Shown: piece by piece, positions 17,070-26,639 of the stretch
How positions within the stretch are numbered: the first letter of the stretch is position 1
Layout of the letters: each line of letters begins with the position of its first letter
Assembly: GCA_050013595.1 (NCBI GenBank)
Contig: JBEKEY010000001.1
Location: 10,044 to 74,043, forward strand
DNA length: 64,000 nt
Source: Thermoplasmata archaeon
GTDB taxonomy: Archaea; Thermoplasmatota; Thermoplasmata; Lutacidiplasmatales; UBA184
Reading direction: 5' to 3'
Program-made: the position numbers and the translations under genes
The notes under the pieces: generated by a model
What the model was told of the DNA's origin: nothing
Databases searched by the model: none
The model's input: only the letters and a program-made list of their open reading frames with translations

Positions 17070-17956
17070 AGTTCGACCGCGCCGCCCGCCGGAAGTTGTT
17101 CAGCCACAGCATGACCGTGCTGACCGGTATTGCGATCGTGGCAATCATGGTGCCCCTCGTCGCGCTGATCTACGAGACGCTGTCGCTCGGAGGCGCCGAC
17201 GTCAACGTGGCACTCTTCACCCAGGGGCTACCGTACCCGTGCAACCCCATGCCCGGGGTCACCTGCCATCAGGGAGGGCTCGCCGTCCCGATCCAGGGGT
17301 CTCTGCTCCTCATCGGACTCGCATCGCTGATTGCGGTGCCGATCGGAATCGGCGCAGCGATATTCTCGGTCGAATATGCGGGGGAGCGCGCGTCCGCCCG
17401 CATCGTCGGGTTGGTCTCCGATGTGCTCTCGGGTGTACCGTCCATCGTCGCGGGGGCATTCATCTACGCCCTCGTCATCATCTACGACCCGACCATTGTG
17501 TTCAGCACCATATCGGGGTCGCTCGCGCTCGCCGTGCTGATGGTGCCCATCGTGGCACGCACGTGCGAGGAGGCTCTACGGACGGTGCCCAATTCTGTCC
17601 GGGAAGCTGCTCTCGCACTCGGGATTTCCCGGTGGAAGACCACCTTGCGGATAGTGCTCGTATCGGCGTTGCCGGGGATCGTCACGGGGGTCTTGCTGGC
17701 CATCGCGCGTGCGGCGGGAGAGGCGGCTCCTCTCTTGGTCGTGCTTGGAAATGCCTGCGAACACCCGTTGCAGGGCATCACTCAAGAGGGCTGCGCTTTG
17801 CCCTTGTTCATCTTCGTGGGAGCCACGAGCCCGGAGGCGAACTACATCGCCCTCGCCTGGGCGGCGGCCCTCCTCCTCCTCGCGCTTATACTCGCGCTCA
17901 GCGTTATCTCACGGCTCACCTTGAACCGCATGGCGCGGCGCATGCGAGGTGGGTGA
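17066..17956 (+). CDS. pstA: Phosphate ABC transporter permease
   Basis: [30 protein letters not shown]. Confidence 0.95.
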   Translation: MKFDRAARRKLFSHSMTVLTGIAIVAIMVPLVALIYETLSLGGADVNVALFTQGLPYPCNPMPGVTCHQGGLAVPIQGSLLLIGLASLIAVPIGIGAAIFSVEYAGERASARIVGLVSDVLSGVPSIVAGAFIYALVIIYDPTIVFSTISGSLALAVLMVPIVARTCEEALRTVPNSVREAALALGISRWKTTLRIVLVSALPGIVTGVLLAIARAAGEAAPLLVVLGNACEHPLQGITQEGCALPLFIFVGATSPEANYIALAWAAALLLLALILALSVISRLTLNRMARRMRGG

Positions 17957-17958
17957 CG

Positions 17959-18726
17959 ATGGCGCTCTCGTTCGACTCCCCGAAGATGGAATCCCAGAAC
18001 CTTAGCGCGTTTTACGGGGGGACGCGGGCCATCCAGGACATCAACCTTCAGTTCCGCGATCGGAAGGTAACGGCGATCATCGGCCCGTCAGGGTGCGGGA
18101 AGTCGACCCTGATCCGATGCCTGAATCGGCTGCACGAGACGACCGGTAAGGCCCGAGTCGAAGGGAAGGTGCTCCTGGACGGGGAGGACCTCTACCAGCT
18201 GGACGCGACGATGGTCCGCCGGCGCGTGGGAATGGTGTTCCAGAAACCGAATCCTTTCGCGACTATGTCGATCTACAACAACGTCTCTGCGCCGCTGCGA
18301 TTCAACGGACGCCCGTCCCGCGAAGAGATGGACCAGACCGTGATTCGTTCTCTCAAGCACGCCGCTCTTTGGGACGAGGTAAAGGACCGGGTCGACTCTG
18401 CGGCGACCTCCCTCTCGGGGGGTCAGCAGCAGCGCCTCTGCATCGCCCGTGCCCTCGCGGCGGACCCCGAAGTGCTCCTCATGGACGAGCCCTGCTCCGC
18501 GCTCGACCCCATCGCGACCGCAAAAATCGAGGACCTCATCGGTCAGCTCAAGAACGACTACACGGTGATTATCGTGACGCACAACATGCAACAGGCGGCC
18601 CGGGTCTCCGACTACACCGCGTTCCTCTACCTCGGCAAGCTCGTGGAGTTCGGCCCGACCGAGGACATCTTCGAGCGGCCAAAGGAGCACCTGACCGAGT
18701 CGTACATCACGGGGAGGTTCGGATGA
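17959..18726 (+). CDS. pstB: Phosphate ABC transporter ATP-binding protein
   Basis: [46 protein letters not shown]. Confidence 0.97.
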   Translation: MALSFDSPKMESQNLSAFYGGTRAIQDINLQFRDRKVTAIIGPSGCGKSTLIRCLNRLHETTGKARVEGKVLLDGEDLYQLDATMVRRRVGMVFQKPNPFATMSIYNNVSAPLRFNGRPSREEMDQTVIRSLKHAALWDEVKDRVDSAATSLSGGQQQRLCIARALAADPEVLLMDEPCSALDPIATAKIEDLIGQLKNDYTVIIVTHNMQQAARVSDYTAFLYLGKLVEFGPTEDIFERPKEHLTESYITGRFG

Positions 18727-19484
18727 CCGAAGATCCACTCGCAGCCACGGGACGACCGCGCGGATACGACCTCGAAATTCGCCAACTCAAAGCCCGGGCC
18801 GTGACGATGGGCCAATGGGCGTTCGACATGTTCAAGGATGGTTGGCGGGCGTTCAACGCGTGCAACCTGACGGCGGCCCAGGCCGTTCTCGAACGGGGCG
18901 ACGAGCTCGACCGGCTGGACGAGGACATGGAACACGCGTCCATCGCTTTCCTGGTGCTTCGCCAACCGACCGCAGGAGATCTCCGGACCGCGGCCGGTTT
19001 GCTGAAGATCACCACCCACCTCGACCGGATCGGCCGACTCGGCTTCGACATGGCCCGGATCACGTCCGCCGACCCGCCGAAGGAGCCGACCGAGCTCCGA
19101 GCGATCCTCGACCGCATGGACACGGTGGTGGAGTCGATGGTGGCGCAATCGCTCGAGGCCCTCGGAAACGACCGGGCCGACCTCGCCCGCGACCTGTTCC
19201 GGCGGGACGACGAAGTGGACCACCTGCACCGCGACGCGAACCGCATCATCCTTCGGGAGCTGAAGGGCAAGTCGGGCAACACCTCCCGCCTCGCGGCCGA
19301 CCTCCTCGTCGCGCGCCACTTCGAGCGGATCGCTGACAACGCCTGCAAAGTCGGCGAGAAGACGGTCTACGCGCTCACCGGTCAGCGACGGTCGGAGTAC
19401 CTGCCGCGGCACCACGTAAAGCCGTACGTTCTCGAACCACCGTTCCCAACACTGCCCGCTACCGACGATTTACCTCCCAGCTGA
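18723..19484 (+). CDS. phoU: Phosphate signalling complex protein PhoU
   Basis: [33 protein letters not shown] overlap with pstB. Confidence 0.9.
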   Translation: MTEDPLAATGRPRGYDLEIRQLKARAVTMGQWAFDMFKDGWRAFNACNLTAAQAVLERGDELDRLDEDMEHASIAFLVLRQPTAGDLRTAAGLLKITTHLDRIGRLGFDMARITSADPPKEPTELRAILDRMDTVVESMVAQSLEALGNDRADLARDLFRRDDEVDHLHRDANRIILRELKGKSGNTSRLAADLLVARHFERIADNACKVGEKTVYALTGQRRSEYLPRHHVKPYVLEPPFPTLPATDDLPPS

Positions 19485-19611
19485 GTTCACCCCTGCTCGG
19501 TCTCAGGATCCGCCGGACCAAGGCTCCTTCCGTCGGCGATGCCCGGGCCGGTAAGCTCCCTGGAAAGGAACACTTCAAAGGGGAACACGGTTCAGGGAGC
19601 TTGGCGGGATT

Positions 19612-19686
19612 GCTCCCGTAGTCTAGTCCGGTCAAGGATTCGGGGCCTTCGACCCCGTAACGCGGGTTCGAATCCCGCCGGGAGCA
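19612..19686 (+). tRNA. tRNA-Glu(TTC), with C at position 33
   Basis: Acceptor GCTCCCG/CGGGAGC, anticodon stem CGGGG/CCCCG with loop CC-TTC-GA, T arm GCGGG-TTCGAAT-CCCGC; no encoded CCA. Confidence 0.9.
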
Positions 19687-19778
19687 TCCCGATCTCACCG
19701 ACGATCGCCCGTCGTGCCCCACGGACAGGGGCGCCTCGAACGAGTTTGATTCTCGGTCGGTAGGAACGCGAGGACTCC

Positions 19779-21182
19779 CTACACCGATTCTTCGATCTCT
19801 CCGGCCTGTGGCGTCCCCGCGAGGTGTTCCGCCACCGAACCGAGGATCTCGAGGTGCCGATCCACGTCGGCGTCGGTGTGTTGGACCGAGATGGTCCACT
19901 GCTCATCGGGACCGGTACCGCTCGGGATCAGGCCGCGGTTGAGGGAATGATAGTAGTACAGCATCGAACGGTCCCCGTCCACGTTCAGGAAGTCACGCCA
20001 GTTGCGCACGGGATGGTCCGAAAAGAAGACGGTGCCCGAGACCCCGTCGGCCGAGACGATCGCGGTGACACCGGCGTCATCGAACACTTCCGCGTACCCC
20101 TTCGCGAGTCGCGCGCAGAGGCGGGCCGATCGTTCCAGGGCCTCGTCGGTCAGGATGTGGTCGAGCGACGCGATGCAGGCGGCCATCGAGAGCGGGTTCG
20201 AGTTGTAGGTCCCGGCGTGGGCGACCTTCCTGGGTCCCACTTCATCCATGATCCCGGGGCCGGCCGCGATGGCAGACAGCGGGACGCCGCAGGCGATCGA
20301 TTTTCCGAGGGTGATGATGTCGGGACGGACCCCGACCCGCCCCGCCCCACCGTGAGGATACTTCGCCCCGGTCTTGATCTCGTCGAAGATGAGGAGCGCG
20401 CCGAGCTGGTTGCAGAGTTCGCGGAGGCCCGGGAAGAACCCGTCCTCGGGGAGAATGAATCCCATGTTCATCGGGACCGGCTCTGCGATGATGGCCGCGA
20501 GGTCGTCCTTGTGCTCGAGCGCGATCTTCCGGGTCGCCTCAAGGTCGTTGAACGGTGCGACGAGCGTCCGCTCCGACACCTCGGGTAGGATTCCCGGCGA
20601 CGCTGGGGCCGACTTCGGGTGATCGTGGGGTCCGGCGACCTGCAGACGCGGTTTCACCCCGACCAGGAGCGTATCGTGGGAGCCGTGATAGGAACCCTCG
20701 AACTTGAGGACGTAGTGCTTCTTCGTATACGCCCGGGCGAAGCGAACGGAGTGATGCGTCGCCTCGAGGCCGGTCGTGCTGAACCGCACCTTGTCCATGC
20801 CGTACCGTCGACAGATTCGTTCCGCGACCTCGGGCGTGCGCTCCCACTCGTAGCCGTAGACGCTGCCGTTCTCGAGTTGATGGGTTAGCGCCTCGACAAG
20901 CTTTGGGTGGGCGTGGCCGCTCTGCAACGAGCCGAATCCCATGTTGAAGTCGAGGTAGTCGTTCCCGTCGGCGTCCCAGAGATGGACCCCTTTCGCGCGG
21001 CTGACGTAGAAGGGGTAGGGGTCGAGGAACCGGTAGTTCGAGTGGACGCCGAGCGGGCTCCACTTGCGAGCGCGCTCCCAGATCTCCCGGGACCGGGGGG
21101 TCCGGCGTTCGTATTCGGCATACGCGGCCTCGAACCGGGGGTCCACTTTCGCACACTCCTCTCGAGACCCCACGAAGGGCAT
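19779..21182 (-). CDS. Class III aminotransferase, GSA-aminomutase-like (paralog 1)
   Basis: DADGNDYLDF, KFEGSYHG, LIFDEIKTG, GKSIACG, AGTYNSNP. Confidence 0.85.
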   Translation of the reverse strand: MPFVGSREECAKVDPRFEAAYAEYERRTPRSREIWERARKWSPLGVHSNYRFLDPYPFYVSRAKGVHLWDADGNDYLDFNMGFGSLQSGHAHPKLVEALTHQLENGSVYGYEWERTPEVAERICRRYGMDKVRFSTTGLEATHHSVRFARAYTKKHYVLKFEGSYHGSHDTLLVGVKPRLQVAGPHDHPKSAPASPGILPEVSERTLVAPFNDLEATRKIALEHKDDLAAIIAEPVPMNMGFILPEDGFFPGLRELCNQLGALLIFDEIKTGAKYPHGGAGRVGVRPDIITLGKSIACGVPLSAIAAGPGIMDEVGPRKVAHAGTYNSNPLSMAACIASLDHILTDEALERSARLCARLAKGYAEVFDDAGVTAIVSADGVSGTVFFSDHPVRNWRDFLNVDGDRSMLYYYHSLNRGLIPSGTGPDEQWTISVQHTDADVDRHLEILGSVAEHLAGTPQAGEIEESV

Positions 21183-21304
21183 CCCGAACGACTGTCCGAG
21201 CCGGGCGGCCTAGATATATCCTCCGCGTAGGACCCTCGTTCGGCAACGGCCGTAGGCCCCACCGCCACGGTCAAAACCCCCGCGGGCTCGTCCGGTTAGT
21301 TCCC

Positions 21305-22753
21305 ATGGGCGAGGTGGTCGACCTCGAGAACTTCGTGGACGGAGTCTGGGTCCGTCCCCGGGCGACGGGGCGGCTCGACGTCCCGAACCCTTCGGACGGC
21401 TCGATCTTGACGCGCGTCCCGCGCTCTGGCGCGGAGGACGTCGACGCCGCCGTAACGGCCGCTCGCAAAGCGTTCCTCGTTTGGAGGGATGTTCCGGTTC
21501 CGGACCGCGCTCGGTGCATCCTGACCCTTCGTCACCTCCTTGAGGAGCACGCCGAGGAGCTGGCGCGGTCGATCGTCCGGGAACAGGGCAAATCGTTGGA
21601 CGATGCCCGCGGGTCCGTGTTTCGCGGTATCGAGGCCACGGAGTTCGCGGCCTCGGCCCCGACGACGCTGCAAGGTTCGTTCCTCGAGGATGTCGCCACC
21701 GGAATCGATGCGACCCTCGTCCGCCAGCCTCTCGGCGTCGTGGCGGGGATCACTCCGTTCAATTTTCCGGTCATGATTCCGCTCTGGATGGCACCGCTCG
21801 CCCTTGTTTGCGGGAACGCCTTCATCCTGAAGCCGTCCGAACGCGACCCGCTCTCCCCGACGCTCCTCGCACGACTCTTCGAAAAGGCCGGGTTCCCCGC
21901 CGGCGCGTTCAACCTCGTGCACGGAGATGCGGAGGCGGTCAATGCGATCCTGGCCCACCCCGGCATCGACGCGGTGTCGTTCGTCGGTTCGGCGCCTACC
22001 GCACGTCACATCTACACGACCGCGACCGCCCACGGGAAACGGGTGCAGGCACTCGCGGGGGCGAAGAACTTCATGATCGTGATGCCGGACGCCGACCTGG
22101 ACCGGTCGGTCCCGGCGATCATCTCGAGCGCCTTCGGCATGGCCGGTGAGCGCTGTTTGGCAGGGAGCGTCGTCCTGGCGGTCGAACCCGGGGCGGACCA
22201 GCTCGTGGAGCGACTCGTCGGGGCCACCCGGACTCTCTCCGTCGGCCGGGCAGGAGACCCGGCGACCGAAATAGGTCCCGTCATCCGTGCCGACAGCCGG
22301 GACCGTATCCTGCAGTGGGTCCGAGAAGCCGAAGCCGTCGGGGCGACCGTGGCGGCCCGCGGAACCATCCCGAGCGATCCCGGAGGGTTCTTCGTCGCCC
22401 CGGTCCTGTTGGACCACGTCCGACCCGAGATGCCAATCGCTCAGGAGGAGGTCTTCGGACCGGTCCTGTCCGTGGTTCGGGTGACGTCGCTCGAGGAGGC
22501 GCTCGAGGTCGCGAACCGCTCCCGGTACGGCAATGCGTCGTCCATCTTCACCCGGGACGGAAAGGCCGCCCGAGAGTTCACTCGCCGAATCGAGGCCGGG
22601 ATGTTGGGCGTCAACATCGGGGTCCCGGCCCCGCCCGCCTACTTTCCGTTCGTCGGTTGGAAGGGGTCGTTCTTCGGCGACCTTCATGCGGCCGGCCGGG
22701 ATGCGGTCGACTTCTACACCCGCAAGAAGGTCATCACGTCGCGCTGGTTCTGA
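21305..22753 (+). CDS. mmsA: CoA-acylating (methyl)malonate-semialdehyde dehydrogenase
   Basis: ITPFNFP, KPSERDP, GAKNF, AGERCLA, EEVFGPV, GVNIGVPAP, FFGDLHA. Confidence 0.9.
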   Translation: MGEVVDLENFVDGVWVRPRATGRLDVPNPSDGSILTRVPRSGAEDVDAAVTAARKAFLVWRDVPVPDRARCILTLRHLLEEHAEELARSIVREQGKSLDDARGSVFRGIEATEFAASAPTTLQGSFLEDVATGIDATLVRQPLGVVAGITPFNFPVMIPLWMAPLALVCGNAFILKPSERDPLSPTLLARLFEKAGFPAGAFNLVHGDAEAVNAILAHPGIDAVSFVGSAPTARHIYTTATAHGKRVQALAGAKNFMIVMPDADLDRSVPAIISSAFGMAGERCLAGSVVLAVEPGADQLVERLVGATRTLSVGRAGDPATEIGPVIRADSRDRILQWVREAEAVGATVAARGTIPSDPGGFFVAPVLLDHVRPEMPIAQEEVFGPVLSVVRVTSLEEALEVANRSRYGNASSIFTRDGKAAREFTRRIEAGMLGVNIGVPAPPAYFPFVGWKGSFFGDLHAAGRDAVDFYTRKKVITSRWF

Positions 22754-22757
22754 ACCC

Positions 22758-24104
22758 CTAGACGGCGGCAGAGGGACTGACCTTCGCATCGGCCACCGAA
22801 AGCGCGCGGTCGAGCGCCGCGATCCCGTGGTCGAGCTCCTCGCGCGTCACGATGAGTGGGGGTGCCACCACGAGGTGGGAGACCCATCCGATGCAGAAGA
22901 CGCCCTCCTTCATCATCGCGGCCGTGACCTGCTCGACGACCAGGGGCCGTCCCGCCATCTTGTCGTCTTCCGTATTGAATGGCTCCTTGGTCGCCCGGTT
23001 CTTCACGAGCTCGACGGCCGCGAACAGTCCGAGCCCCCGAACTTCCCCGACCGACGGGTGCCGTTCCTGGATTTCGCGAAGTCGCGATAGCAGGTACTCT
23101 CCCTCCGTGCGGGATTTCTCGAGAAGGTTGAGGCGACGGTACTCCGCGACCGCCGCCACGACGGGCGCGAGGGTGAGCGGGTGTGCCTCGTAGGTGTGCC
23201 CGTGCGGAAAGTAGCTCTCGCGGAATGCGTCGTGGACGGCGGCGGTCGTGGCCGTGAGCCCGAGCGGGATCTGTGCTCCCGTGATCCCCTTCGCGGTCGT
23301 GAGGATATCCGGAGTGACGTCCCAATGGTTCATCGCGAACCACTCGCCGACACGGCCCCAGCCGCTCATCACCTCGTCCGCGATGAGCAAGGTGTCGTGC
23401 TTCTTCGTGATCGCTCGGATCCGGGGAAGGTACTCCGGAACGGGCACGATAACGCCGTTCGTGCCCACGACCGGCTCCACGATCATCGCCGCCACGTCGC
23501 CTTCCCGGGACAACTGGTAGTCGACGTACTCCGCGCAGGCGACGTCACAATCCGGGTAGGTCAAGCCGAACGGGCAGCGGTAGCAGTAACAATCCGGGGC
23601 GAAGACCGTGCCCGGAACTTTCTGAAGTTTCTCGATGGCCCGACGTCGGAACTCGCCGGTCACCGAAATCGATGCCGCGGTCGAGCCATGGTAGGAACGG
23701 TAGCGCGCCATCACTTTCGTACGGCCCGTGACCGCTCGGGCGATCTTCAGTGCGGCCTCGTTCGCCTCGGTCCCGGACGTCGAGAAGAAGAGACGGTTGA
23801 GTCCCTTCGGCAGGACCTCGAGCAACGCGAGGCTCGCCCGGGCGCGCGCCTCGGTCGCGAATCCGGGAGCGGCGTAGGCCACCGACTTCGCCTGAGCGGC
23901 AATCGCCTCCGCAACAGCCGCATTCCCGTGCCCCAGGTTGGTCGCGATCAGCTGCGACGAGAAATCGAGATACTCCTTGCCGGAGGAATCCCAGAAACGA
24001 GAGCCTTCCGCCCGCGTGATGACCAGTGGCTCCCAACCTCCCTGCCGACGCCAGGTAACGTAGTTCGTCTCTCGGACCACTTTCCGGATCTCGTCGCCGT
24101 CCAT
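22758..24104 (-). CDS. Class III (omega-amino acid) aminotransferase
   Basis: YLDFSSQL, SGTEANE, SYHGST, ADEVMSGWGR, AKGIT, HGHTYEAHP; ATG at 24104. Confidence 0.88.
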   Translation of the reverse strand: MDGDEIRKVVRETNYVTWRRQGGWEPLVITRAEGSRFWDSSGKEYLDFSSQLIATNLGHGNAAVAEAIAAQAKSVAYAAPGFATEARARASLALLEVLPKGLNRLFFSTSGTEANEAALKIARAVTGRTKVMARYRSYHGSTAASISVTGEFRRRAIEKLQKVPGTVFAPDCYCYRCPFGLTYPDCDVACAEYVDYQLSREGDVAAMIVEPVVGTNGVIVPVPEYLPRIRAITKKHDTLLIADEVMSGWGRVGEWFAMNHWDVTPDILTTAKGITGAQIPLGLTATTAAVHDAFRESYFPHGHTYEAHPLTLAPVVAAVAEYRRLNLLEKSRTEGEYLLSRLREIQERHPSVGEVRGLGLFAAVELVKNRATKEPFNTEDDKMAGRPLVVEQVTAAMMKEGVFCIGWVSHLVVAPPLIVTREELDHGIAALDRALSVADAKVSPSAAV

Positions 24105-24160
24105 TGAACTCCTCCCCGAACGTCCGCCCGGTCCGGTCGATGAGCGGAGCCCGCGTCGGT

Positions 24161-25018
24161 TTATGACGACCCCGGCTTGGTCGGTCCCGGCGGGGGGAGG
24201 CCGAAGAGCCGTCGGGCGTTCCCACCCAGGATCGCGGCGCGGTCCTCTTCTGTCAGGTCGAGCGACGTGACGAGACTCAGGGCGACCTTGAGGTCCAGGA
24301 GCGGCCAGTCGGAACCGTAGAGGATCCGGTCGGCGGAGCCCACCATGAGGATGCCTTCGAGGAGCCGTCGCCGGCAGAGCTTCACCATGCGCTCGAATAG
24401 CGGATGGGACGGATGGGCCAGAAGGCCCGATGTGTCCGCGTAGACGTTCCGGTTCTTGTAGACGATCTCGGCCGCCTCGTCGACCCACGGGTTGCCGAAA
24501 TGGCAGAGCACGAACCGAACGTCCCGGTACCGGACCGCGACCTCGTCGACTTCGATCGGCCGGGCATATTTCACGAGCCCGTGGACGTCCATGGTGTCCC
24601 CGGTGTGGATGAGGACGGGGAGCTTGCGACGATGCGCGTATTCGTAGACCGGCTCGAGCCGCGGGTCGTGCGGATAGAAAGGATGGTAACCGGGGAAGAG
24701 CTTGATGCCCGCGAGCTCGGGCGTTTGTTCCCACCGGGCAATCTGGTCGGCGACCGCTTCTGTCCCCTGAGTAGGGTCGACCGTCGAAACGAGCCGAAGG
24801 CGGCCTTGGCTCTGAGCCACGAACCCACGGGCCTCCGCGAGGCCCTCGGCCACCGTCGGTGGGTCGTTCGGCTGGATGAGGATGCCGTGCCCGATCCCGG
24901 CCTCATCCATCTCGCGAAGGAGACCCGGGACCGTGAAGTCGAGGTCGGCGCGATACCCGGTCGAGCGGATGTCGGGCCACCAGCGGCTCAGGTGGAGGTG
25001 CGTGTCGACCCGCGTCAT
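24161..25018 (-). CDS. Amidohydrolase family 2 protein
   Basis: DTHLH, GIKLFP, IHTG, LCHFG, YGSDWP. Confidence 0.85.
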   Translation of the reverse strand: MTRVDTHLHLSRWWPDIRSTGYRADLDFTVPGLLREMDEAGIGHGILIQPNDPPTVAEGLAEARGFVAQSQGRLRLVSTVDPTQGTEAVADQIARWEQTPELAGIKLFPGYHPFYPHDPRLEPVYEYAHRRKLPVLIHTGDTMDVHGLVKYARPIEVDEVAVRYRDVRFVLCHFGNPWVDEAAEIVYKNRNVYADTSGLLAHPSHPLFERMVKLCRRRLLEGILMVGSADRILYGSDWPLLDLKVALSLVTSLDLTEEDRAAILGGNARRLFGLPPPGPTKPGSS

Positions 25019-25124
25019 CCCTCCGACCATTCCAATCCCCCGTCAGGGTAACGGACCCTCGGTTTAGGACCATCGGCCCAGTATTGATATGGGGAGGTGG
25101 GCCTTGCGAATCCCGAGGGTTCCC

Positions 25125-26636
25125 GTGACCTCTAAGAGCGACTGGCTGAGCTTCCCCGACGCCCCACGCATCGTCGTCCCGCCGCCCGGCCCGCGGTCCC
25201 GCGAGCTGCTCGCCGAACAGGCACGCCTCGAGACGGACGCGGTCGGCTACCCCCACTACTTCCCCATCGCCCCGAAGGTCGCCCAAGGGGCCACGATCGA
25301 GGACGTGGACGGGAACCGCTTCATCGATTGGGTCGGGGGCATCTGTGTTCTCAATCTCGGACATCGCCACCCTCGCCTCGTGGGAGCTCTCGAGGCGCAG
25401 TCGAAGGAAATCTGGCACACCCTTGAGCTGCCGACCGAGGCACGCATTCGCTTCCTTCGCGAGCTCGAGAGCATCCTTCCCGGGAACCTGCGCGGCCACG
25501 CTCGGATCTTCTTCTCCGTCACGGGCGGCGATGCCGTGGAGACGGCGGTCAATATCGCCGACCATGCCCAGGGAAAGCGAGGAACGGTCGCGTTCTCGGG
25601 CGCGTACCACGGGGTCCATGGCGGAGCCGTCGGTCTCACCAGCGGGCGCCGGTACCATTCGACCTCTTCCTTCGCAGGTGGCACCGTCGTCCGGGTCCCG
25701 TACCCGGACCCGTTCCGACCGGTGCTCGGCGCGGACGAAGGCTCGGCCGGGACGATCTCCTATCTCGAGCACCTCGTGAACGACCCGTACTCGGGGATCG
25801 ATTCGATCTCCTCGATCCTCGTCGAGCCCATCCTCGGAGAGGGTGGGTATGTGGTCCCTCCCGACGATTTCCTTCCCTCCCTGCGCGAGTTCTGTGACCG
25901 GCACGGGATCCTTCTCATCGCCGACGAGATCCAGACCGGGCTCGGACGAACGGGGAAGATGTGGGCGGTCGAGCACTCGAAGGTCACCCCCGACATCCTG
26001 TGCATCGCGAAGACCATCGGAGGCGGGATCCCGCTGGCGGTGGTCGCGTACCGGGCCGACCTGGTGAAGGAACTCCCGAGAGGCTTCCATCTGGGGACCT
26101 TCCGGGCCAATGCACTCGCCCTCGCGGTCGGCGCGGAAACGATCCGGGTCCTGAAGGAGGGGAAGATCGTGGAGCACACTCGAACTCGCGGAGAGCACCT
26201 GCTCGCTCGGTTCCGCTCCCTCGCGGACCGTCACCCGGCGATCGGTGATGTCCGCGGGAAGGGCTTCATGATCGGGACGGAGTTCGTCCACGACCGAGGC
26301 TCCCGGGTTCCGTGGGGGGACCGCGCGAAGGCGATGCGCTCGGCGCTCCTCGCGCGGGGGGTGCTGATGCACACGTCCGGAGCTTGGGACCAGGTGCTCC
26401 GTTTCATGGCGCCCCTCATCATCGAAGACGAGCTGCTCGACCGGGGCCTCGCTGCGTTCGAGGATGCCCTCGAGAGCTTCGACCCCACGCCCCAGCGACC
26501 CACGGCGACGGCCTCGCACGTCCCCCACCCCACGGCCCCTTCCACGTACCTGCACCCGCCCCCCGAGCACGCGATCCCGACGCCCATGGTCCCGGATTTC
26601 CCCGGGCGGAACCTCGAGGACGAGAAGAACGACTGA
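25125..26636 (+). CDS. Class III aminotransferase (4-aminobutyrate/diaminobutyrate aminotransferase-like)
   Basis: DVDGNRFID, GGDAVE, AYHG, EPILGEGG, DEIQTGLGRTG, AKTIGGG; start GTG 25125 or ATG 25089. Confidence 0.88.
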   Translation: MTSKSDWLSFPDAPRIVVPPPGPRSRELLAEQARLETDAVGYPHYFPIAPKVAQGATIEDVDGNRFIDWVGGICVLNLGHRHPRLVGALEAQSKEIWHTLELPTEARIRFLRELESILPGNLRGHARIFFSVTGGDAVETAVNIADHAQGKRGTVAFSGAYHGVHGGAVGLTSGRRYHSTSSFAGGTVVRVPYPDPFRPVLGADEGSAGTISYLEHLVNDPYSGIDSISSILVEPILGEGGYVVPPDDFLPSLREFCDRHGILLIADEIQTGLGRTGKMWAVEHSKVTPDILCIAKTIGGGIPLAVVAYRADLVKELPRGFHLGTFRANALALAVGAETIRVLKEGKIVEHTRTRGEHLLARFRSLADRHPAIGDVRGKGFMIGTEFVHDRGSRVPWGDRAKAMRSALLARGVLMHTSGAWDQVLRFMAPLIIEDELLDRGLAAFEDALESFDPTPQRPTATASHVPHPTAPSTYLHPPPEHAIPTPMVPDFPGRNLEDEKND

Positions 26637-26639
26637 GGG

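Noticed and set aside
19641..19657. Reading the tRNA as Arg(TCG)
   Set aside because: Shifting the loop breaks the CGGGG/CCCCG stem; acceptor and D arm look like archaeal tRNA-Glu
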